Shown here: positions 46,646 through 55,892 of the stretch, piece after piece
Position numbering within the stretch: the stretch's first letter is position 1
Layout of the letters: each line of letters begins with the position of its first letter
Source of the DNA: Candidatus Liptonbacteria bacterium
GTDB taxonomy: Bacteria; Patescibacteriota; Minisyncoccia; UBA6257; 2-01-FULL-56-20
Assembly: GCA_023244895.1 (NCBI GenBank)
Contig: JAHFLL010000001.1
Span: forward strand, 163-64,162
Reading direction: 5' to 3'
Length of the DNA: 64,000 bases
Notes under the pieces: generated by a model
What the model saw: the letters and a program-made list of their open reading frames with translations, nothing else
Databases searched by the model: none
What the model was told of the DNA's origin: nothing
Translations under genes and position numbers: made by a program

Positions 46646-47893
46646 ATGAATAACCTACAAACTCAGGATCCGGACATTTTCGGTTTAATACAGAAGGAAA
46701 AAACCCGTCAGAAAGAGGGCTTAGAATTAATCGCTTCCGAAAATTATGTTTCAAGCGCGGTCTTGGAGGCGATGGGTAGCGTGCTCACTAATAAATACTC
46801 GGAGGGCTATCCCGGCAAGAGATATTATGGCGGGAATATAGTGATAGACGAGGTGGAATCCCTGGCCATAGAACGCGCTAAACTGCTTTTCGGCGCGGAG
46901 CATGTGAATGTCCAGCCTCTTTCCGGCAGTCCGGCTAATCTGGCAGTCTATATGGCGCTTCTTAACCCGGGTGATAAGGTTTTGGGCTTCTCTCTGGATC
47001 AGGGCGGACATCTTTCTCATGGTCACCCGCTCAATTTTTCCGGCAAGCTTTACACAATTATTCCTTATTTCGCCAAGCGGGAGACGGAGATAATAGATAT
47101 GGACGAGGTGGAAGAAATTGCCCTACGCGAAAAACCCAAAATGATTCTGGCGGGATTTTCGGCATACAGTCGCAGTATGGATTGGCAGAGGTTTAAACAA
47201 ATCGCGGACAAAATCGGAGCATTTACTTTTGCGGACATAGCACACATTGCGGGACTTATCGCGGGCAAGCAGTTGGAAAGTCCGGTGCCCTACTTTGACG
47301 TTGTTTCTACCACGACTCATAAAACTCTGCGCGGTCCGCGAGGTGCGATGATTATGTGTAAAGAGAAATTCGCTAAAGATATTGACCGGGCGGTTTTCCC
47401 GGGCGTTCAGGGTGGTCCGCACGACCATATCAATGCCGCGAAAGCCGTAGCCTTCGCAGAGGCTTTGAAGCCGGAGTTTACGGAATACAGCCGACAGATA
47501 ATCGCGAACGCGCGCGCTCTGGCAGACGCTCTTACGAAACGGGGCTACAGAGTCATTTCCGGCGGGACTGATAACCATATAGTTCTTCTGGACGTGTTTG
47601 GCAGTAAGCAGATTACCGGCAAGGAGGCGGAGCACGCCTTGGAGGTTGTAAATATCTCCGTCAATAAAAATATGATTCCTTATGACCCCAGGAAGCCGCT
47701 TGACCCATCCGGCGTAAGAATCGGTACGCCAGCCCTAACCACTCGGGGCATGAAGGAGGGAGAGATGGAGACGGTCGCGGATTTAATAGACCAAGCTCTG
47801 ATGAATAAGGACAACGAAGCCAAGCTTCTTGAAATCAAGTCTCGTGTGACCGAATTCGCATTGCAATTCCCCGTACCAGGGATAAATAATTAG
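46646..47893 (+). CDS. glyA: serine hydroxymethyltransferase
   Basis: LELIASENYVS and the PLP-binding TTTHKTLRGPRG motif are present. Confidence 0.95.
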   Translation: MNNLQTQDPDIFGLIQKEKTRQKEGLELIASENYVSSAVLEAMGSVLTNKYSEGYPGKRYYGGNIVIDEVESLAIERAKLLFGAEHVNVQPLSGSPANLAVYMALLNPGDKVLGFSLDQGGHLSHGHPLNFSGKLYTIIPYFAKRETEIIDMDEVEEIALREKPKMILAGFSAYSRSMDWQRFKQIADKIGAFTFADIAHIAGLIAGKQLESPVPYFDVVSTTTHKTLRGPRGAMIMCKEKFAKDIDRAVFPGVQGGPHDHINAAKAVAFAEALKPEFTEYSRQIIANARALADALTKRGYRVISGGTDNHIVLLDVFGSKQITGKEAEHALEVVNISVNKNMIPYDPRKPLDPSGVRIGTPALTTRGMKEGEMETVADLIDQALMNKDNEAKLLEIKSRVTEFALQFPVPGINN

Positions 47894-47938
47894 GACTATT
47901 TATTGACCCTGAACTCCGTTGGTTATACTCTATACCCA

Positions 47939-48796
47939 ATGATTGTTATTGACGGTAAAAAAATCGCGGAAGAAATACTGGACAGTTTGCGTGAGCTACC
48001 GAAGCCCAAGAAGTATTTGGCAGGCGTAATTATCGGCGAAGACGCCGCTTCAGAAAGCTTTCAGAGTCTTAAAAAGCGCGTGGCGGAGTCGCTAGGTTTG
48101 GATTATCGTATTTACCATTTGGATGAAAAAGTATCTCAAGATAAATTGCGAGAGGAGGTGGGCAAGTTGGCGAATCATAAAACCTGCGGAGGTATTTTAG
48201 TGCAATTGCCATTACCCTTAGGAATTAACCGCCATTATGTGATAAACGCTATTCCGCGCGATAAGGACGTGGATGTTTTAGGCGAGCGCGCGATTGGAGC
48301 TTTCTATAATAATCGCAACAAAGTAATTCCGCCTGCCGTAGCGGTGGTGGAGGAGATATTTAAACGTTTAGAAATAAATCTCAAGGGAAAACGGATTGCG
48401 GTGGTGGGTCCGGGGTTTTTGATTGGTCGGCCAATCGCATTATGGCTGACGCACAAAGCGTTAGAAGTGGATGTGTTGCGCCGGGGATCCAGCTATGAGA
48501 CCTTGAAGTTGGCCGATATCGTCATTTCCGGAGTTGGTCAAGCGGGGCTAATAAAGCCGGATATGCTTAAAGCTCGCGCGGGCGTGATTGACTTTGGATA
48601 TAGTCCGGCGCAGAAAGACACAGACCAGATACAAACAGACGTGGACATGAAGCTGGTCGGTGACTTTGACTCCTCCCCGCTAAGTTCTAAAGATTATGTC
48701 CCAAATCTTAGTTTCTACACTCCCACTCCTGGAGGCACTGGTCCGATTTTGGTGGCAAAACTGATGGAGAATTTCTACAGATTGAATCAGGCGTAA
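47939..48796 (+). CDS. folD: bifunctional methylenetetrahydrofolate dehydrogenase/cyclohydrolase
   Basis: IDGKKIAEEI..., the NAD(P) site GKRIAVVGPGFLIGRPIALWL and the C-terminal PGGTGP are present. I chose the ATG at 47939. Confidence 0.9.
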   Translation: MIVIDGKKIAEEILDSLRELPKPKKYLAGVIIGEDAASESFQSLKKRVAESLGLDYRIYHLDEKVSQDKLREEVGKLANHKTCGGILVQLPLPLGINRHYVINAIPRDKDVDVLGERAIGAFYNNRNKVIPPAVAVVEEIFKRLEINLKGKRIAVVGPGFLIGRPIALWLTHKALEVDVLRRGSSYETLKLADIVISGVGQAGLIKPDMLKARAGVIDFGYSPAQKDTDQIQTDVDMKLVGDFDSSPLSSKDYVPNLSFYTPTPGGTGPILVAKLMENFYRLNQA

Positions 48797-48838
48797 GATA
48801 TTTTGGGTTTTCAGCTAAACAGTATAAAATTGGGCCAT

Positions 48839-49753
48839 ATGAAACCACTTAGCGAACGCACCCCCGACTCTCAATATCACGATCTTCTCCAAAAGATAAT
48901 GGATGAGGGCGTAGAGGTGAATCCCATCCACGGCACCTTGGCGGGCAATAAGGGTGGAGAGAAGGCTAGGATGTTGGTGGGTCAGCAACTACGGTACAAG
49001 CTGGAGAACGGCTTCCCCGTTATAACTGAAAGAGATTTATCCGGACAGATGTTCACGGGCGCGCTCGCAGAGCACATTGCATTTCTAAACGGCGCGCGGA
49101 CTCAAGAACAACTGGAAAAATTCGGTTGTTCTTGGTGGAAGAAGTGGGTCACCAAAGAAAAGTGTGACATTTTTGGTTTACCGGAGGGCGACCTGGGCGA
49201 TGGTTCTTACGGTGCGGCCTGGGCCAGCTTTCCCACCAAAGAAGGGGAGCCGTTTAATCAGATAAAAAACCTAGTACAGCAGATAAAAGAGAGGCCATAC
49301 CTGAGGACTCATTTTATTTCGCCCTGGATTCCGCAATATACCTTGCAACACTCCGGTTTGCGCCGCAAAGTCGTGGTTGCGCCCTGCCACGGCTGGATAC
49401 ACATTCTGGCATTTCCAGAAACCAAGGAGCTTGTGGTACATCACTTCCAGAGAAGCGCGGATTTTCCGGTGGGAGTGCCGTTTAACATGATTCAGTATGC
49501 CGCCTTCGGAATGATGTTGGGCCAGATTTTAGGCTACTCGCTTAAGGAAGTAGTTTATACTTTTTCCGACATCCATATTTATGAGAGTCAGTATGAAAAG
49601 GTAAAAGAGCTCTTAGCGCGCGAGCCACGGAGACTGCCGACGGTTGCAATAAACAATCTTGGCGTTACCGACATCTTTGAATTCAGGCCGGAGCATTTCA
49701 ATTTGAGCGATTACGAACCGCACGAAAAAATGTTTATACCAACTCCGGTATAA
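48839..49753 (+). CDS. thyA: thymidylate synthase (ThyA-type)
   Basis: The active-site motif is APCHGW, with SADFPVGVPFNMIQYA and DIHIYESQ. I chose the ATG at 48839. Confidence 0.8.
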   Translation: MKPLSERTPDSQYHDLLQKIMDEGVEVNPIHGTLAGNKGGEKARMLVGQQLRYKLENGFPVITERDLSGQMFTGALAEHIAFLNGARTQEQLEKFGCSWWKKWVTKEKCDIFGLPEGDLGDGSYGAAWASFPTKEGEPFNQIKNLVQQIKERPYLRTHFISPWIPQYTLQHSGLRRKVVVAPCHGWIHILAFPETKELVVHHFQRSADFPVGVPFNMIQYAAFGMMLGQILGYSLKEVVYTFSDIHIYESQYEKVKELLAREPRRLPTVAINNLGVTDIFEFRPEHFNLSDYEPHEKMFIPTPV

Positions 49754-49757
49754 GAAT

Positions 49758-50204
49758 ATGAAGAATAAACTATTCGTTAACGTTACGAGCGCTAAAAATC
49801 GTCCGGACTATGCCGCCGAGCTGGAGTCTATAAAGGAAGCGGGCATCTGCCCTTTCTGCCCGGACAATGTAAAAAAATACTTAAGTAAGATCATCTATCG
49901 CGAGGGTAGGCATTGGCTAATCGCGGATGCGACCTATCCTTATAAAAACGCGAAATACCACTTTATCCTGGTTCATCATGCTCATATTGAAAACGCTTCC
50001 GATATAAGCGAAGAAGGTTGGAGTGAACTCAAGGAGTTCGTAGATTGGATTTGCGGTCTAAAGCAGATAAAGGGAGCCACGCTTATAATGAGATTTGGAG
50101 ATACCAACTGCACCGGGGCAAGCGTCACTCATCTGCACGCCAGTTTAGTCTCCGGAGATGGAGACCAAAAAGACCGGGAGCCGGTTTTAACAAGGGTAGG
50201 CTAG
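49758..50204 (+). CDS. HIT-superfamily protein
   Basis: The N-terminal CPFCP resembles the Hint CxFC motif, and an HxHxx-type histidine triad-like VTHLHASLV is present. Confidence 0.5.
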   Translation: MKNKLFVNVTSAKNRPDYAAELESIKEAGICPFCPDNVKKYLSKIIYREGRHWLIADATYPYKNAKYHFILVHHAHIENASDISEEGWSELKEFVDWICGLKQIKGATLIMRFGDTNCTGASVTHLHASLVSGDGDQKDREPVLTRVG

Positions 50205-50212
50205 GATAGTAG

Positions 50213-51043
50213 TTAATCCTTGACCAAGATTATTTCTACGCCAAACGCTTTGAGTATGTCTTCTGCGTCAAGCAAAGAGTAGCCTTTCCTATAATAGAGC
50301 TTATTTATGCCGGCCACGGCGAGAGATTTGGCGCAAACCGGGCAGGGGAAGGTGGTTACATACATAAAGGAGCCTTCTAAGGCTATGCCCTTTTTGGCTG
50401 CCTCCGCGATAAGATTCGCTTCGGCATGAATGGTTTTTACGAGCTCAATGTTTTGTCCCGCGTCAAAATTACTGCGCGGGTCACCCATGGCGTTAAGGGT
50501 ATACTCTGAGGGCAAAACAGTATTGTGTCGCGACAAAACAACTTTGCCATCTTTTAAAACCAGGGCTCCGATCTGGCGCCACCAATCCGGGCTCTTGTCT
50601 GCCTCCTCCTGCGCCACGTTCATAATTTCTTTATCAAAGTCACTTTGAGAGATAATGCGGTCGGGCGGAACTATAAGCTCGGCGGTGGAAATCTGTTTGT
50701 CCCAGCGCAGAAACGTTGAAACAAAGCTTGTTTTCGCGTCCGCTAAATACTTTTGGGCAAATGTTCTATTCACGTCTTCGTCCGGCAGAATAATCTCTAC
50801 TCCGCTATTTTTAAGAATCCCCAAAGTATTCTCGTCTAAAACATTAACTTTAGAGAAGATGCCTAGAGACTCTACTGCTTTTTTAACCTCCTCCGGTTCC
50901 AGGGCGCGTATATCCCGGTCCAGGCGGGGAGTTTCTAGCACGAACTTTTTATCCAGTATGTATAGCTCGCCCGGATATTTTTTGAAGAAATCCAAGTAGC
51001 CTTTATGCAGGGCGGGAACATAGGAGATAACCACGTTGGCCAT
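50213..51043 (-). CDS. dCMP (deoxycytidylate) deaminase with N-terminal extension
   Basis: Zinc-binding HAE...PCPVC motifs are present. Confidence 0.75.
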   Translation of the reverse strand: MANVVISYVPALHKGYLDFFKKYPGELYILDKKFVLETPRLDRDIRALEPEEVKKAVESLGIFSKVNVLDENTLGILKNSGVEIILPDEDVNRTFAQKYLADAKTSFVSTFLRWDKQISTAELIVPPDRIISQSDFDKEIMNVAQEEADKSPDWWRQIGALVLKDGKVVLSRHNTVLPSEYTLNAMGDPRSNFDAGQNIELVKTIHAEANLIAEAAKKGIALEGSFMYVTTFPCPVCAKSLAVAGINKLYYRKGYSLLDAEDILKAFGVEIILVKD

Positions 51044-51044
51044 G

Positions 51045-51668
51045 TTATCTGGAGCCTTCTAGAAATCCTTGAATCAATCTTTGCACCTCCTCTGCCAACT
51101 TCTGCGCGCCCTCAATGGTAAGGGTACGGATTCTGCCGGTAGTGGTAGAGGTGGCTTGAGGTGGCAAAACAACTATCTTGCCGCAGTATCTGGAATATTT
51201 TCCGGAAGACAAATCGCTGCTGAAGTCGGAGGTGCTCTCTGACGCCACCAATACATCCGGCTTTACCAATCTGATCAGATCTCCGATGTCGTGATGCGCC
51301 TCGCGCAGGGTCACAATATCCACGTGGCGCAAGTGCACCAGCATTTTGAGCCTCTCTTCCTGAGGCACAATCGGTCGGGTTGGCCCTTTGCGCTTTTTGG
51401 TCAGCTCGTCTGAATCCACGCCCACTATCAAGACGTCTCCCTGGGCTTTCGCGGCCTCTAGGTAGAGCGCATGCCCTTCGTGAATAAGGTCGTAAACTCC
51501 CTGAGTCAGGACAACCTTCAGCCCTTTCTTTTTGCACTCCTTGACCGCCTCTTCTAATTTTTTAAAGTCCGGAATAAAACGTTTTTCAAAATTGGTCCCT
51601 CGGCCCAAGACCGAATCCACGTTGGAATAATTTTTACGAGGCTTAAGCTCCGATTTTTTAGTGGGCAT
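51045..51668 (-). CDS. cytidylyltransferase-family nucleotidyltransferase (TagD/RfaE-II-like, HxGH)
   Basis: GVYDLIHEGHALYLEAAKAQGDVLIVGVDSD is present. Confidence 0.65.
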   Translation of the reverse strand: MPTKKSELKPRKNYSNVDSVLGRGTNFEKRFIPDFKKLEEAVKECKKKGLKVVLTQGVYDLIHEGHALYLEAAKAQGDVLIVGVDSDELTKKRKGPTRPIVPQEERLKMLVHLRHVDIVTLREAHHDIGDLIRLVKPDVLVASESTSDFSSDLSSGKYSRYCGKIVVLPPQATSTTTGRIRTLTIEGAQKLAEEVQRLIQGFLEGSR

Positions 51669-51707
51669 TTGTAAAATCAGTATAGGTTAGCGGTGGAGAT
51701 AAGGCAA

Positions 51708-52211
51708 TTAGGGGGCTGGCACAGTCCTTTCGTAGGTTACGAATGTGTGCCGGAAGGAGTTCTGCTCGTCCGCGGGGTGCTCCTCTGAGCTTACAACTTT
51801 CCACTCTACAGGGTTCCATTCTGGGAAATAAGTGTCTCCTTCTGGAGAGGCATCCACGAGCGTTAGGTACATTCTCTGCGCGAGGGGGAGGAAAGAGGCA
51901 TAGACCATGCCGCCTCCTATTATGAATATCTCTTCCTGCCCGCTGTCTCGCGCAAGCGACAGGGCGGAACTAATATCTTTTACAACGGAACATCCTTCCG
52001 GACGAAAATCAGCATCTTGCGAAAGAACAATGTTTTGCCGGCCGGGCAGGGGCTTGCCGATAGATTCAAAAGTGCGCTGGCCCATAATGACCGGCTTGCC
52101 CAGAGTTGTTTCCTTGAAATGCTTAAAGTCGTTCGGCAGATGCCAAAGTAACTGATTGGCTTTGCCGATGACCCTGTTTTTCCCTATGGCGGCGATAAGC
52201 GAAATTATCAT
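51708..52211 (-). CDS. folA: dihydrofolate reductase
   Basis: The DHFR signature is MIISLIAAIGKNRVIGKANQLLWHLPNDFKHFKETTLGKPVIMGQRTFESIG. Confidence 0.85.
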   Translation of the reverse strand: MIISLIAAIGKNRVIGKANQLLWHLPNDFKHFKETTLGKPVIMGQRTFESIGKPLPGRQNIVLSQDADFRPEGCSVVKDISSALSLARDSGQEEIFIIGGGMVYASFLPLAQRMYLTLVDASPEGDTYFPEWNPVEWKVVSSEEHPADEQNSFRHTFVTYERTVPAP

Positions 52212-52657
52212 ATTAATAATAATCCCAAGGCTAATACGGATAATATTAACTCAATTTTGGAATTATTGGGTATGAAGCCTCTGAACCCCCATTTGCTAAA
52301 GGGCACGAAGGGCTGGTGCGCGTTTTTCATAAGATAATCCAAAAATATATGAATCGCCTGAAAGAGTGGTAATATCCACCACCGAATATCGGGGTAGGTA
52401 AGATTAATCAATAGCCCAATCAGTGATCCGACGACCAGGCCGGGCAGTAGCTCTTGTATCCAGCTGTGGTGGTTTTGGTTGTTCATCCGTTGGCCAGTTT
52501 TTATAAATTCTAGAAATGTTTTTCGCCAACCAGGCTTGAATAGGTGATCTATATCTACCAGGACTCCGCCCGCTAAAGCAACTATCATTTCCGGAACTTG
52601 CAGACCCAGTCCTTTCCCGAGCCAAACAGTTACGGCGATATGGGTCGTTATCAGCAT
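52208..52657 (-). CDS. hypothetical membrane protein
   Basis: The 149-aa hydrophobic protein has its annotated ATG overlapping the CCA end of tRNA-Val, so the true start may be internal. Confidence 0.45.
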   Translation of the reverse strand: MLITTHIAVTVWLGKGLGLQVPEMIVALAGGVLVDIDHLFKPGWRKTFLEFIKTGQRMNNQNHHSWIQELLPGLVVGSLIGLLINLTYPDIRWWILPLFQAIHIFLDYLMKNAHQPFVPFSKWGFRGFIPNNSKIELILSVLALGLLLI

Positions 52658-52733
52658 GGTGCGCGCTAAGGGATTCGAACCCCTGACCTTCTCGGTGTAA
52701 ACGAGACGCTCTAACCAACTGAGCTAAGCGCGC
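52657..52733 (-). tRNA. tRNA-Val (anticodon UAC), CCA encoded
   Basis: The acceptor stem is GCGCGCT/AGCGCGC and the anticodon stem TCTCG/CGAGA. The loop TTTACAC gives anticodon TAC, and the T-loop is TTCGAAT. Confidence 0.85.
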
Positions 52734-52778
52734 AGATTCCATTATCCTAAACGAAAGCAGACGTTGAATCAACCTTGT

Positions 52779-52847
52779 CGGGCCGTCGGGAATCGAACCC
52801 GATCTGCGTGTACCCAAAACACGTGTACTACCGGTATACTACGGCCC
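52779..52847 (-). tRNA. tRNA-Pro (anticodon UGG)
   Basis: The acceptor stem is GGGCCGT/ACGGCCC and the anticodon stem CGTGT/ACACG. The loop TTTGGGT gives anticodon TGG, and the T-arm is CGGG-TTCGATT-CCCG. Confidence 0.8.
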
Positions 52848-53008
52848 GCCTCCACTCCGTTTAGGCGGGCAGGCCCGCTCCAATGGAATGTCTTTTGTCG
52901 AGGCTACGACGCTTGTCCGCCTAAGGAGGAGGCAAGCCCGCTCAAACACAGTGAATCGTAGCCTCTTTAAATTATCTTATTTTTCGTCTATTATCAAACC
53001 CGTCCATT

Positions 53009-53080
53009 GCCCTCGTAGCTTAATGGATAAAGCAGGGCTCTTCTAAGGCCTTGATGGGGGTTCGATTCCCTCCGGGGGCA
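53009..53080 (+). tRNA. tRNA-Arg (anticodon UCU)
   Basis: The acceptor stem GCCCTCG/CGGGGGC has one G-U pair. The anticodon loop CTTCTAA gives anticodon TCT, and the T-arm is GGGGG-TTCGATT-CCCTC. Confidence 0.8.
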
Positions 53081-53126
53081 CATAGGAAAGAAAGCATCTA
53101 AGCAGGACGTTTTGTTTCATTTTAAA

Positions 53127-53216
53127 GCCGGAATCGAACCGCGGGCCGCAACTCGCGAAGAGCGAGTGAAGGTCTCGAGTTTAGTAAAACGAGAGGCGAT
53201 TCCCTCCGGGGGCACA
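53127..53216 (+). other. conserved tRNA-flanking structured element, copy B (tRNA-Arg associated)
   Basis: It begins GGAATCGAACC, the reverse complement of the tRNA-Arg T-loop region, and ends CGATTCCCTCCGGGGGCACA, a 20-nt direct copy of the tRNA-Arg 3' end. The core matches copy A with compensatory hairpin changes. Confidence 0.6.
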
Positions 53217-53305
53217 ATAAAAATCGCCACGATACGGGAACTTTATTTCCCGGTATTTTAGGCGTGCTATAATTGGACGCAGAAGGTCTTTAAAATAATA
53301 TTTTA

Positions 53306-54154
53306 ATGTCTAGATCTATTCGTAAGTTTGTTTTACAGATTATCGTGCCGGTCACGTTATTGGTGCTACCTATTTTCCTGCCAGCCTACAATTCAACGTT
53401 TGATGTATCAATATTGCTCACAGCTGTTTCTTTGGTTTTTGCAATATTAGTGGGATTTTTTATCGCCGCAGCCACGACGAATTATCTGCGTTTGCAGTCG
53501 CTTATCGCGGACGAAGACAGTGCCCTTATGAGCATTTTCCGTCTAGGCAAGATGGTTCAACCATCTATTACGGCCAAGCTTAGGAGATTGATTGATGATT
53601 ATGCGACCTTCGCGCTTGATTTTGAATTAGGAGAGTATGTGGACAAGACAAAAATTCAGTTTGACGCACTCATATCTTTTCTGGATGGTCTTTCTCCTAA
53701 AGGTGCCAAAGGGATGGAACTTTTAGGGAACCTTCAAGACAAGAAAGATTTAATGATAAGAACGCGACAGGAAATAACGCTGGTAGCCAGAAAAGTCGTT
53801 ACCGGATTGCACTGGACAGTGCTCGTTTCCCTAGATGTTTTGTTGGTCTTTCTGCTCCTGTCTCTACGGGATGGGGGAATAGTACTTTCTCTTATAACGG
53901 GGATACTTTCCGCCTCGCTTTATCTGGTGCTGGTCCTCCTCCATGAAATTGACAGTAATGTGTTCTTGGAAGAGATGCTTGCGTATCAAGATACTCAAAT
54001 GGTTTTTGAAACGATCGGCACGATGAAATATCTTCCAGGGATAGCCCTTAAAAATAAAAGAGTCGCCAAGCCGAGGGGAGATTATAGGCTGGGCATATTA
54101 AAAGGTGGCTCAGATCTCGCGGAGAGAGAGATAAAAGTAATACGCGGGGTCTGA
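53306..54154 (+). CDS. hypothetical membrane protein
   Basis: The 282-aa protein has several TM segments. A TATAAT lies at about 53268. Confidence 0.5.
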   Translation: MSRSIRKFVLQIIVPVTLLVLPIFLPAYNSTFDVSILLTAVSLVFAILVGFFIAAATTNYLRLQSLIADEDSALMSIFRLGKMVQPSITAKLRRLIDDYATFALDFELGEYVDKTKIQFDALISFLDGLSPKGAKGMELLGNLQDKKDLMIRTRQEITLVARKVVTGLHWTVLVSLDVLLVFLLLSLRDGGIVLSLITGILSASLYLVLVLLHEIDSNVFLEEMLAYQDTQMVFETIGTMKYLPGIALKNKRVAKPRGDYRLGILKGGSDLAEREIKVIRGV

Positions 54155-54181
54155 GTATTTGGTCCCGTTGGGAACGACTCG

Positions 54182-54253
54182 TGCCGGATCCCAGAGTCGA
54201 ACTGGGCACGCCTGCCTCTTCAGGGCAGCGCTCTACCGATGAGCTAATCCGGC
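54182..54253 (-). tRNA. tRNA-Phe (anticodon GAA)
   Basis: The acceptor stem is GCCGGAT/ATCCGGC and the anticodon stem CTGCC/GGCAG. The loop CTGAAGA gives anticodon GAA, and the T-loop is TTCGACT. Confidence 0.85.
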
Positions 54254-54313
54254 GACTATCATCAACTGCCACAGATTACATTATCTCTGAAAAACATTCA
54301 ATATCTAGATACT

Positions 54314-54354
54314 AAAAACCCCGCGCCCGCCAGGGGCGGGTAAACGGGGTTTTT
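54314..54354. terminator. bidirectional hairpin terminator (downstream of rpsA)
   Basis: aaaaaCCCCGCGCCCGCCaggGGCGGGtaaaCGGGGttttt. Confidence 0.55.
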
Positions 54355-54389
54355 GATGTCCCTAAGTTCTAACGACCAAGTCCTAGCTC

Positions 54390-55487
54390 CTATTTCTTGA
54401 ATTTAAGGGTAATTCTCTTTTCTTCGGACTTAATGGCGTCAATGATGAAGTCGTAGCTCTTGCCAAGCTCCAACTGCTTTTTCATTTCATCCAACCCGCC
54501 GAATTCGGAAATGTGAATCATGCCTTGTAGGCCACCTTCCAGATCTATAGTCGCACCAAAGGGATTAAACTTGTAAACCTTGCCCTTAACCTCCGCTCCG
54601 GAACTGTACTGGCCGATATTCTTTTCCCAGGGGTCCTCTTTGAGCGCCTTAAGAGAGAGGAAAACTCGTCCTTCCCGGATATCTATTATCTTTATCTTGA
54701 TGGCCTCATTTAGTTTCACCACCTCTTTGGGGCTGTCTATGATGCGATGATCAATCTCTGAGATGTGCACCAACCCTTCTATTTGAGGATTGTCCGCGAA
54801 ACGCACAAAGATACCGAAGTCGGCCAGGCCGGAAACGATACCATCTACTACTTGTCCAATCTGATACTGCGCGAGTAATTCTTTGATGTTGGCGCTCATG
54901 GTTTCCCGCTCGGAAACTATCAGCTTGTTGTTACGCGCGTTGACATTGATTATCTTTACGCTGACCTCTTCTCCGACCAACTTCTTAAGTTCATCAATAA
55001 CTTTTTGGCGGTCGCTTATTTCGCCCAAAGACGCATAGCGATCACTGGACAACTGGGAGATTGGTAAAAAGGCACGTAGGTCTTCCAGCATTCCCAAGAG
55101 CCCGCCCGCGTTTGCGCCGGATATCTTCATCTTTACTATTTCCCCGGCCTCCTGTAGATCTTGTACTTTTTGCCACAGCTTTTGCTTACCAGCCTCGGCC
55201 AGAGATAGTTCCGTGTAGCCACGCTCTCCGTCCAGGTCTACGATCTTAGCCGATAGCTTGTCGCCCGGTTCTAAGTCCTTGATTGCCTCCTTGGCATTCA
55301 AGAATTCCGCGCCGAAGACCATGCCCGTGCCAAAACGTCCCAAGTCAAAATACGCGGCCTTAGGCTCACGCTTAATGAAAATTGCCTCTACTACGTCGCC
55401 CTCGCGCAAGCGGCTACCCGCGGCCTCATTCTTTAGGATGTGGGCCAAAATCGCGCTGCTTTTAAGATTCTGATTGTCTGTATTCAT
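54390..55487 (-). CDS. rpsA: 30S ribosomal protein S1 (short, four S1 domains)
   Basis: There are repeated S1 OB-fold motifs (GxV.G.V..I...G.FV.L). The 365-aa length is typical of reduced genomes. Confidence 0.85.
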   Translation of the reverse strand: MNTDNQNLKSSAILAHILKNEAAGSRLREGDVVEAIFIKREPKAAYFDLGRFGTGMVFGAEFLNAKEAIKDLEPGDKLSAKIVDLDGERGYTELSLAEAGKQKLWQKVQDLQEAGEIVKMKISGANAGGLLGMLEDLRAFLPISQLSSDRYASLGEISDRQKVIDELKKLVGEEVSVKIINVNARNNKLIVSERETMSANIKELLAQYQIGQVVDGIVSGLADFGIFVRFADNPQIEGLVHISEIDHRIIDSPKEVVKLNEAIKIKIIDIREGRVFLSLKALKEDPWEKNIGQYSSGAEVKGKVYKFNPFGATIDLEGGLQGMIHISEFGGLDEMKKQLELGKSYDFIIDAIKSEEKRITLKFKK

Positions 55488-55892
55488 TTCTGATCGCAGG
55501 TTTATATTGGTTTATTATGAGCAGTTCTCGTTGGAGACCGCAACATATTGAGTAGGTCATATGGGAAAACCTATAGCCCCATATCAGCTATGGAATATGT
55601 CGCAAGGATTATACCTGGGATTGCCTTTTTGGCAAGCCTTTTTCTGGCCTAACCGATAGCCCCGAGTTAAAATCTCTTCCTAGACCCGATCCGGACCCAT
55701 CGCTCGTTTTGTGTCTTTTTACGTTTTAACTCACTTGAAAAAGTCATTTTTTTCTGATAAACTGTAGCCAATATGTTCCGCGCAGGATAGGGAGAAACCC
55801 CTTTTCTTCCGGGTGGAGCATCTGAGCTAAGAATAGGAATCAATAAAAGTCGCAGGTAGAGTCTATCGAAAAAGCTTAATTTCCAACGGGAC

